Positions 16,786-23,613 of a stretch of DNA of 64,000 nucleotides are shown piece after piece. The translations under genes were made by a program, and so were the position numbers. Within the stretch, counting starts at the first letter, position 1; every line of letters starts with the position of its first letter. The stretch comes from Candidatus Saccharimonadota bacterium. Its GTDB lineage: Bacteria; Patescibacteriota; Saccharimonadia; Saccharimonadales; JAXHMH01. The notes below the pieces were generated by a model that was not told the origin of the DNA, did no database searches, and saw nothing but the letters and a program-made list of their open reading frames with translations. Location of the stretch: positions 344,379 through 408,378 of the forward strand of contig JAXHMH010000002.1 of assembly GCA_034521515.1 (NCBI GenBank), in the 5' to 3' direction.

Positions 16786-17158
16786 GCTTAGTCTCCCGTC
16801 GCTTGTCGCTTGTCGCTAGCTTACCAATAAACCCTGTCAGTAATTTTGAGATCTCTATTGAGATACCTGTGAATTGTTTGTACTCATTTTGATGAATTTT
16901 ATTTGCTGCTAGCGCAATATGAAGCATGGAGCGGACTTCCGCACATGAGCCACGTGCAATTACTAAAAACTGCCTAAGCTCCTTGTCCGAACTCCTGTCA
17001 AACCCTTCGGCAATATTGTTAGTGATAGATAAGCAAGCTCTCATAATCTGATCCTTAAACGATAGATCTCTCTCATACTTCAACTCCTTACTAAGCCCTA
17101 TGTATAGCTCTTCGCCTTTTTGCCAGGCAATCACATCCTCAAAATTCCTTATACGCAT
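16778..17158 (-). CDS. Four-helix-bundle protein (23S rRNA intervening-sequence protein family) inserted between dnaN and recF
   Basis: Shows VIAWQKGEELY, NNIAEGFDRSS and ARGSCAEVRSML. The C-terminal 10 aa (ATSDKRRETKRD) are encoded by a heptad tract, and the stop overlaps the recF GTG (GTGATTGA). Confidence 0.8.
   Translation of the reverse strand: MRIRNFEDVIAWQKGEELYIGLSKELKYERDLSFKDQIMRACLSITNNIAEGFDRSSDKELRQFLVIARGSCAEVRSMLHIALAANKIHQNEYKQFTGISIEISKLLTGFIGKLATSDKRRETKRD
16797..16817. repeat. Heptad tandem tract (cgtcgct tgtcgct tgtcgct) inside the 3' end of the four-helix-bundle ORF
   Basis: Three 7-nt units, stop-free on the minus strand, are translated as a C-terminal extension. Confidence 0.7.
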
Positions 17159-17210
17159 AACTATATTGTACTGGAGACTAAAATGACTGGTAACTAGTGA
17201 CTTAAAAGCT

Positions 17211-18302
17211 TTAGCTTTTCAGTGGCATAATCACATGCAAATAATCATCAGTGGCAATATCGTAGAGCAGTGATGGCTCGAGCTTATCGTTAAACCCAAA
17301 CCGCACCGTTTCACCAGATAACACATTAAGTGCATCAAGCAAGTAGCGCGAATTTAGCGTAATAACACCATCGCCCTTAACTTCAGCCGATGCGTTAGAA
17401 GTGTTTTCACCCAACTGAGAAGCGATGGAACGAATACTGAGTTGTTGATCCTTTTCGCTTAGATTAATTGTTACACTACCGGCGCTTTCCCTGGCAAATA
17501 AGCTTGATACTTTGGTTACATTGGTCAGTTCGCTGCGTTTTAAGGTAGCACTGGTGGCAAAATCTCGCGGTATAAGTTTGCGATAATCAGGATATTTACC
17601 GTCAATCAACCTGGTCACTAACTCAACATCACCCACCTTAAACAACACCTGCTGGTCATCATGCGACACCTCGACATCATCTTCGCCGTCAGACACAATC
17701 CGTAGCAAATCTTGCATAGCGTTAGCCGGTATAAGTAGATTTATGTTTTCTTTTGTTTTGTGTAGCTTCTTTTCAGCTAAACGGTAACTATCGGTTGCAA
17801 CCATATATAAATTACCTTCGTGTGTGTGTAGATACACACCGGTTAAAACTGGGCGGGCTTCGTCGTTAGAAGCCGCTACGATGACTTGTTGTAAGGCGGT
17901 TTTTAGGGTTTTTCCGGGTATAGTCCATTTGTTAGCTTGCTTAATCGCTGGCATTACCGGAAAATCCTCGGCTGATATACCGTTGATAGTTGAATTGTAT
18001 TTATCGGTTGTGATGTGTAAGCGGTTTTCTTCAAGTTCTAAATCGATAACGCCGCTCGGTAAACTACCTACAAAATCCTGCATAAGCCTAGCTGGTACAG
18101 TAATCGACCCTTCTTCGCTAACCTTTGACCCGATGTAGTGGGTGATTGCAATATCCAGGTTTGTTGCCGCAATACTCAAACGGTTATCAACTGTTTTTAT
18201 AAGCACATTGGCAAGTACAGGGAGTGTCCCACGCGTATTAGCAACTCGAGCCACGGTTTGTAGTGCTTTTGTTAAGTTTTCCTGGGTGACTTGTAGCTTC
18301 AT
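17211..18302 (-). CDS. dnaN: DNA polymerase III beta sliding clamp
   Basis: The N-terminus MKLQVTQENLTKALQTVARVANTRGTLPVLANVLI is typical. 363 aa, downstream of dnaA. Confidence 0.92.
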   Translation of the reverse strand: MKLQVTQENLTKALQTVARVANTRGTLPVLANVLIKTVDNRLSIAATNLDIAITHYIGSKVSEEGSITVPARLMQDFVGSLPSGVIDLELEENRLHITTDKYNSTINGISAEDFPVMPAIKQANKWTIPGKTLKTALQQVIVAASNDEARPVLTGVYLHTHEGNLYMVATDSYRLAEKKLHKTKENINLLIPANAMQDLLRIVSDGEDDVEVSHDDQQVLFKVGDVELVTRLIDGKYPDYRKLIPRDFATSATLKRSELTNVTKVSSLFARESAGSVTINLSEKDQQLSIRSIASQLGENTSNASAEVKGDGVITLNSRYLLDALNVLSGETVRFGFNDKLEPSLLYDIATDDYLHVIMPLKS

Positions 18303-18580
18303 TTTAGACTCCTTATTACTGATTTATATAAATAGTTTTAGTTATAGTAAGGCCTGTGTAAACCGTGTAAAACTCATATTTTACAGTGGTGTAAATACGT
18401 AAAAACCGTAGGAAAACCCTGCGTATAGATTGGGTATAAAATGTGCGCAAGTCGGGTGTTTTGTACCAGGATAACTAACCTACAAGCGCCTGTGAACAAC
18501 TGCACCAAACTACCCACAGGTTGTACAAGTATTTGTGCACAACTTACCCCCAGGTTTTCTGTACGCGAACTATAAGACTG

Positions 18581-18664
18581 CAACCTACTAACTACCAATT
18601 CCTTCACCCCATCTACCATATACCAACTACTAACTACCAACTGCCATCTACCAACTACCAGCCT
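18581..18664. repeat. Heptad tandem tract, 12 units (ccaacta/ccatcta/ctaacta type) abutting the dnaA stop
   Basis: The tract is 84 nt in unbroken 7-nt register. On the minus (dnaA sense) strand the units read tagttgg/tagatgg, giving TAG in all frames. It is the same unit family as 54585-54605. Confidence 0.8.
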
Positions 18665-20030
18665 ACGCATAAAGGCGCTCCTTTATCTGAGTTATAGCTG
18701 TCTTAATATTAGAATCGTAGTTGGCTTCTTTTTCAATCTTCTCCACGGAATGAATGGCGGTTGTGTGGTCTTTCCGGCCAAGTTCTCGGGCAATTTTAGG
18801 GAAACTCAAATGCAACTCGCTTCTTAACATATACATAGCAACCTGTCTTGGCACGACGATATCTTTATCTCGTTTTGGCCCCAGTATGTCGTCCATAGGT
18901 AATTGGAAATGTTTAGCAGTACGCTCAATGATCTGTTTTGCACTCAAATGTTTTGGGCGAGATTTATTGCCGCCGAGAACCGCATTGGCAATATGTAAAT
19001 CTGGTTCTAAACTGCGCATTTCACAGAATGCCAGCAATTGGTTTAAGGCGCCTTCCAGCTCCCTAATGTTGGTCTGAAAATTGTTCGCTAAAAATTCTAC
19101 GACGGGAGCAGGCAATTCAACCCCATGCGTGTCCGCCTTAGTTTGAATGATCGCGCAACGAGTTTCAAAATCCGGCGTTTGCATATCAATGCTCATACCC
19201 CACGCAAATCGTGAACGGAGTCGCTCTTCCAGGGTAGGTATGTCTTTTGGCGGCTTGTCAGAGCTAATAATAATCTGTTTGTTAGCTTGATGGAGCGCGT
19301 TAAAAGTGTGAAAGAACTCTTCCTGAGTCTTTTCTTTGCCAGCTATAAACTGCACATCGTCGATGATAAGCACATCTGCGCCGCGGTAATAACCGGCAAA
19401 ATCAGTGTTCTTCTTATATCTAATGGCGTCTAGAAATTCCTGCACGAACTGTTCTGTTGAAACATACACCACGTGAGCGTTAGGGTTGTTGGCTCGCACT
19501 TCGTTGCCGACAGCTTGGATTAAATGCGTTTTGCCAATACCAACGCCACCATATAAAAACAACGGGTTATACTTTGACCCTGGTTTTTGAGCAATCGCCT
19601 GACAGGCGGCATACGCCAACTCGTTTGCCGAACCGACAATAAAATTTTCAAACGTATAGCGATCATTTAAACCTTGGCGGTAAGTGTGCGTGAGAGTTGA
19701 TTTGGTGGCTTGTTTTGATTGAGGTTTCTCGGCTCGATTCTTTAGAAGCACCGGTTCATCATAAGTGGGTTTTTTAGAAGGCGTTATGCTGGAATGGATT
19801 TTATACTCGATCTGCGACGGTGAAACACCGTTCTTTTTCAAAGTATCCGTTACCAGTTGATTATATTTCTGTTCAAGTTGTTGTTTGATAAATACATTTG
19901 GTACGCCAACTATAAATAAATCTTTCTCTTGGCGAAGGAGTCGGGTGTTCTTAAACCAGGTAACAAAACTCGCACGTGATACAGACAGCTCTATTTCGCC
20001 GAGTACAGCTTGCCATAGGCGATCTTGCAT
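18663..20030 (-). CDS. dnaA: Chromosomal replication initiator DnaA
   Basis: Walker A is GGVGIGKTHL and Walker B is LIIDDVQF. Sensor motifs are present, and the C-terminal DNA-binding helix is DHTTAIHSVEKI. Confidence 0.95.
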   Translation of the reverse strand: MQDRLWQAVLGEIELSVSRASFVTWFKNTRLLRQEKDLFIVGVPNVFIKQQLEQKYNQLVTDTLKKNGVSPSQIEYKIHSSITPSKKPTYDEPVLLKNRAEKPQSKQATKSTLTHTYRQGLNDRYTFENFIVGSANELAYAACQAIAQKPGSKYNPLFLYGGVGIGKTHLIQAVGNEVRANNPNAHVVYVSTEQFVQEFLDAIRYKKNTDFAGYYRGADVLIIDDVQFIAGKEKTQEEFFHTFNALHQANKQIIISSDKPPKDIPTLEERLRSRFAWGMSIDMQTPDFETRCAIIQTKADTHGVELPAPVVEFLANNFQTNIRELEGALNQLLAFCEMRSLEPDLHIANAVLGGNKSRPKHLSAKQIIERTAKHFQLPMDDILGPKRDKDIVVPRQVAMYMLRSELHLSFPKIARELGRKDHTTAIHSVEKIEKEANYDSNIKTAITQIKERLYA

Positions 20031-20087
20031 AATCCCTCCGTGTTTTTAGTTACCTCAACAGCACCAATGATAACAGAAATAAGGCAG

Positions 20088-20212
20088 TTTTCCACAGAGA
20101 GAATTTTTAACAATAAATTTGTATAGAAAAATCCAAAAACAGGGGCAGTTTTATACACAGGCAAAAACGACCCCTGTTAAACTGTGGATAATTACTGAGG
20201 AAAAGTGGATAA
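20088..20212. promoter_or_regulatory. oriC-type DnaA-box cluster upstream of dnaA
   Basis: Four boxes were read directly: TTTTCCACA (20088-20096), TTATACACA (20151-20159), TGTGGATAA (20183-20191, a perfect reverse-complement of TTATCCACA) and AGTGGATAA (20204-20212). An AT-rich stretch lies at 20098-20140. Confidence 0.7.
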
Positions 20213-20299
20213 ACTATAGCTTTTCGGGAAAAAACATTGTGAAAATCACTAAAAAACGACCGCAACCGGTCGTTTAATAGGCACCCTGCACAGTACCGT

Positions 20300-20437
20300 C
20301 TAAGCGGACAGTTTGGCGCGGCCTTTGTTGCGGCGGCGCTTTAGTACGGCACGACCGGTCTTGGTGTGCATACGCTTAATAAAACCGTGCACGCGAGCAC
20401 GCTTTCGTGTCTTTGGTTGGAACGTTCGTTTTGGCAT
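20300..20437 (-). CDS. rpmH: 50S ribosomal protein L34
   Basis: Below the ORF-track size cutoff. Reverse translation gives [45 protein letters not shown] (45 aa), a canonical L34 sequence. Confidence 0.92.
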   Translation of the reverse strand: MPKRTFQPKTRKRARVHGFIKRMHTKTGRAVLKRRRNKGRAKLSA

Positions 20438-20567
20438 ATAGTGCCATAGTACAATAATTAAAAACAGAGGTCAACCTCTTGGTATATCGATCAGTTGGGT
20501 TTGGCAGGTGGGGCAGAGGCATAAAACTCTGCAAGCAGCTTTACGAGAACCGGTATAATACAGGTAA

Positions 20568-20912
20568 ATGATAAGCAAAAATCATCGTTTTCACGGATAT
20601 GGCAGTCTCCGGTATGTCTATCGGAATGGTAAAACAGTTCGCGGTCCGCTCTGTTCTTTGAAGTATGTGTATAACCCAAAGCGTTCATCATATAGATTAG
20701 CAGTGGTTGTCAGCCGCAAGGTGCATAAGTCAGCCGTGGTGCGTAATCGTATACGTCGGCGAATATATGAATCAGCTCGACGGCTGGAGGATCGGTTTTT
20801 GCAGCCGCATGACATTGTGATAACCGTATTTCACGAAAATATTGCGACCATGCCGAGCGAAGAGCTTAATAAACTTATCTACGCCCAACTCAAACAAGCC
20901 AAAATTATTTAA
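20568..20912 (+). CDS. rnpA: Ribonuclease P protein component
   Basis: Shows KNHRFHGYGSLRYVYRNGKTVRG and VVVSRKVHKSAVVRNRIRRRI (RNR motif). 114 aa, upstream of yidC. TATAAT at 20554-20559 ends 8 nt before the ATG. Confidence 0.85.
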   Translation: MISKNHRFHGYGSLRYVYRNGKTVRGPLCSLKYVYNPKRSSYRLAVVVSRKVHKSAVVRNRIRRRIYESARRLEDRFLQPHDIVITVFHENIATMPSEELNKLIYAQLKQAKII

Positions 20913-20962
20913 TACAAAAATCCAAGCTGCAACAGGGACGAACACATGCTATGATATAGACA

Positions 20963-21919
20963 ATGTTTGAAAATCTTATTGTACTGCCCATATTTAACTT
21001 GCTCGTTTTTATCTATGCAATTTTGCCAGGGCATAACTTTGGGCTCGCACTGATTATATTCACGGTTGTTGTGCGCATGCTGATGTGGCCGCTCATTAGA
21101 AAACAGCTTCATCACGCTAAAGCAATGCGTAAACTTCAACCAGAGATTAAGAAAATTAAACAGGCTACCAAGGGCGATCGACAAAAAGAGTCCATGATGC
21201 TCATGCAGCTGTACAAGGAACGTGAAGTTAGTCCGTTTAGTAGTCTCGGTGTTCTGGCAGTCCAGCTGGTTATATTCATAGGGCTCTACCAGGGTTTGAT
21301 CCGAGTTATTGAGGATCCGCAGGCGCTAATTGTGCACTCCTATAGCTGGATTGCAAACCTAGGGTGGATGCAACAACTGGCTGCCGATATCGGGCAATTT
21401 GACGCCACGCTTTTTGGACTGGTTGATTTGTCGCGGAGTGCTCTAGGATCCGGCGGTCTGTATATCCCAGCTCTACTACTAGTAATCGGTAGTGCCGCCA
21501 CACAGTATTATCAGAGCAAGCAACTCATGCCCGATGATAAAAATTCACGCGGTTTGCGGCAGATTATGCGTGAAGCCAGTGCTACTGGTAAACAAGCCGA
21601 CCAATCCGAAGTACAGGCTGCTACCGGGCGTATGATGCGCTACTTTATACCCGTTATGATATTCGTTGTTACTATTGGGCTGGCTTCAGCACTGGCGCTT
21701 TATTGGTTCACTAGCGGTATAGTTGCCTATCTCCAGCAATCTCGTATCTTAGGCCAGGATAAGGATGAGCTGGAAGAGCTAGCCCATAAAGACGACAAGA
21801 AGAACGATAAACAAAACGCCAAGAAACAAGTCATAGAAGGCGAAGTTATCCAAAAACCAAAAACCAAAAACCAAAAGACCAAAAAGACCTCCAAATCTAA
21901 AAAAAGGAGGAAACGATGA
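20963..21919 (+). CDS. yidC: Membrane protein insertase YidC (short, Gram-positive type) with lysine-rich tail
   Basis: Shows GLALIIFTVVVRMLMWPLIRKQLHHAKAMRKLQPEIKKIKQ and multiple TM helices. The basic C-terminal tail is KPKTKNQKTKKTSKSKKRRKR. It follows rnpA. Confidence 0.88.
   Translation: MFENLIVLPIFNLLVFIYAILPGHNFGLALIIFTVVVRMLMWPLIRKQLHHAKAMRKLQPEIKKIKQATKGDRQKESMMLMQLYKEREVSPFSSLGVLAVQLVIFIGLYQGLIRVIEDPQALIVHSYSWIANLGWMQQLAADIGQFDATLFGLVDLSRSALGSGGLYIPALLLVIGSAATQYYQSKQLMPDDKNSRGLRQIMREASATGKQADQSEVQAATGRMMRYFIPVMIFVVTIGLASALALYWFTSGIVAYLQQSRILGQDKDELEELAHKDDKKNDKQNAKKQVIEGEVIQKPKTKNQKTKKTSKSKKRRKR
21850..21884. repeat. Heptad tandem tract inside the yidC tail-coding region ((ccaaaaa)x3, ccaaaag, accaaaa)
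   Basis: Three perfect and two imperfect 7-nt units encode QKPKTKNQKTK. Confidence 0.75.
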
Positions 21920-22437
21920 GCGAAGACAAGCAATCAATTGACGAGGCTATTTTATACGCCAAAAAATACCTAGAGGATATATTGTCATTTTTTGGGTTAA
22001 ATACAGATGTTTACGCCACCACAGAGGATAGTGAAGTAATCGAGCTTAACGTGCCGAGCACGCACCTCAACGGGTTTCTTATCGGACAACGCGGTGACAC
22101 GATGCGGGCTTTGCAATTTTTGGTATCGAGCGCTCTAAAAAACAACGGTTATCAATACACGCGGGTCAATATAGATGTAGCTGACTATAAAAAGGTTCGC
22201 GCCAATCGGCTTGCCGAAACTGCGGCAGAGTGGGTTAAAAAAGTTAAGGACAGTGGTGAGCCAATGCACCTCAAACCAATGAGCCCGGCTGATCGTCGAA
22301 CCATTCACAAGTTTGCTGATGAGGAAGGTCTAGTAACTACCTCAGAAGGAGAGGGACGCGATCGCCACGTTGTCCTAAAGCCGTCTGTAGACAAAACCGA
22401 ACCCACCGAAGACACCGAAGAAACCGAAGAAGAGTAA
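21916..22437 (+). CDS. jag: Jag/KhpB-type RNA-binding protein (KH + R3H domains)
   Basis: KH-like FLIGQRGDTMRALQFL and R3H region MSPADRRTIHKFADEEGLVTTSEGEGRDRHVVLKP. There is an ATGA overlap with yidC. Confidence 0.8.
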   Translation: MSEDKQSIDEAILYAKKYLEDILSFFGLNTDVYATTEDSEVIELNVPSTHLNGFLIGQRGDTMRALQFLVSSALKNNGYQYTRVNIDVADYKKVRANRLAETAAEWVKKVKDSGEPMHLKPMSPADRRTIHKFADEEGLVTTSEGEGRDRHVVLKPSVDKTEPTEDTEETEEE

Positions 22438-22672
22438 CCACCGTAAATACACCTTCTTTATTTGTAGCAGCGTTACTCTGCTGTATAGCCAACCAACGGC
22501 TATCCGTATAAATCCTGCAAATAAAGGACTGCGACGCGCACCAAACAAATAGTTAATTCGCCAAAAACTAGTCGTGCAGAAGTCCCATACAGACTAAGTA
22601 TCACCCAAAAACTTAAAAATGTTTCCAACTTCCAAGACACCCTAGTTTTAGCCAATGGTAGCTATCAAGGCT

Positions 22673-22698
22673 AAACGCGCCAGTCGAGTGGCGCGTTT
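22673..22698. terminator. Perfect 10-bp-stem hairpin (AAACGCGCCA-gtcgag-TGGCGCGTTT); copy 1 of a 41-bp direct repeat
   Basis: The inverted repeat was read directly. It lies downstream of jag (+) and of the minus-strand block ending at 22871. The same sequence recurs at 27014-27039. Confidence 0.6.
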
Positions 22699-22870
22699 AT
22701 GGTTCGCTCATTTTGCGCGCCACAGATTAAGTAATTAAGCCACCAAAACTTTATAAGTTCACAAAAATTCCACACTTCACAACCAAAACCTTCTGACAAT
22801 TTGACGCATATGTGCAAAATTGTCAGAAGGTTTGTACTATAAACTAGTTGGCCGGACAAATGGATTTAAG

Positions 22871-23467
22871 TTACTTTTTGGCAGTGGAAAGAAGGTGTTT
22901 AAACCGCGAACGGAGTTTTTTCTCCGCGTCAATGTGCGATACCTCCAGATATGTAATATATCTACGCACACCAAGCGTAGTCGCGACCACTTCGATTTCG
23001 TGCCGGCACGGAAAGGGGTGTATCCAGATGCTTTTTTGTAGCTGTTTAAACCCGAGCTCGCGGAGCTTTATCGTTAGGCTTCTTCGGGCGCGATTTTTGT
23101 CAACGGGTATATCAAAAAGTACGAGGCGCCAACACTTGTCCCACGTATCAGGAGTAGGGATAGAAACATTATCATAATTAGCTTTTTGCAACCGTTTTCT
23201 GCCGCGTCTTGTAATTTGGAGACCATGTTCATAATCTTCGGCAGTTAGGCGTATTAAACCTCGTTGCTTCATATAGTAAACTACTCTACGTAGTTCACGT
23301 TCGCGTTCGCGTTCATCGAGCTTTTCGAGCATCTTTCTAGTTGGTTTGTCGACAGCTGGTAAGGCTAGTGGCGACAGAAAAGCAATACTAATCATCCCGC
23401 CGGCTGCCACAAATCGTAGCAGCCCGTCTACAATCGCGCTGGTGGTATCTTTGTTGGTTTGCTTCAT
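22871..23467 (-). CDS. PaaX-like / Cas2-fold putative transcriptional regulator
   Basis: WRLVLFDIPVDKNRARRSLTIKLRELGFKQLQKSIWIHP matches the ferredoxin-like (Cas2-like) core of PaaX C-terminal domains. The preceding YYMKQRGLIRL...GLQITRRGRKRL is wHTH-like. There is an N-terminal hydrophobic segment. Confidence 0.45.
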   Translation of the reverse strand: MKQTNKDTTSAIVDGLLRFVAAGGMISIAFLSPLALPAVDKPTRKMLEKLDERERERELRRVVYYMKQRGLIRLTAEDYEHGLQITRRGRKRLQKANYDNVSIPTPDTWDKCWRLVLFDIPVDKNRARRSLTIKLRELGFKQLQKSIWIHPFPCRHEIEVVATTLGVRRYITYLEVSHIDAEKKLRSRFKHLLSTAKK

Positions 23468-23484
23468 AAAATTTTATACCTTTT

Positions 23485-23498
23485 TGCACATATGTGCA
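23485..23498. promoter_or_regulatory. 14-bp perfect palindrome TGCACATATGTGCA upstream of the PaaX-like gene (candidate operator)
   Basis: It lies 18 nt upstream of the start codon at 23467. A related copy, GCATATGTGCA, is at 22806-22816. Confidence 0.45.
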
Positions 23499-23613
23499 TT
23501 TTAGTAATATGTAATGTTAATTAGTTTGTGGGGATTAGGGGGCGTGGTTTTTGGTGTGGAGAGTGGGTGGTCGATAGGGGGAGGTGTGTAGTTGGCTTGC
23601 ATGTCAAACGGGC

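Noticed and set aside
22660-22720. Possible tRNA or small RNA (GGTTCGCTC resembling a T-loop next to a strong hairpin)
   Set aside because: No acceptor, D or anticodon arms can be folded around it. The same hairpin recurs at 27014, so it is better explained as a terminator-like repeat. No tRNA or rRNA was recognised anywhere in the window.
22820-23177. Plus-strand ORFs 22820..23041 and 22848..23177
   Set aside because: They are fully antisense to the PaaX-like gene, which has clear family motifs. Their products have no motifs.
23290-23320. Hexamer repeat gttcgcgttcgcgttc in the PaaX-like gene as another heptad tract
   Set aside because: The period is 6 nt, not 7. It simply encodes an ERERE acidic/basic stretch and is unrelated to the heptad family.
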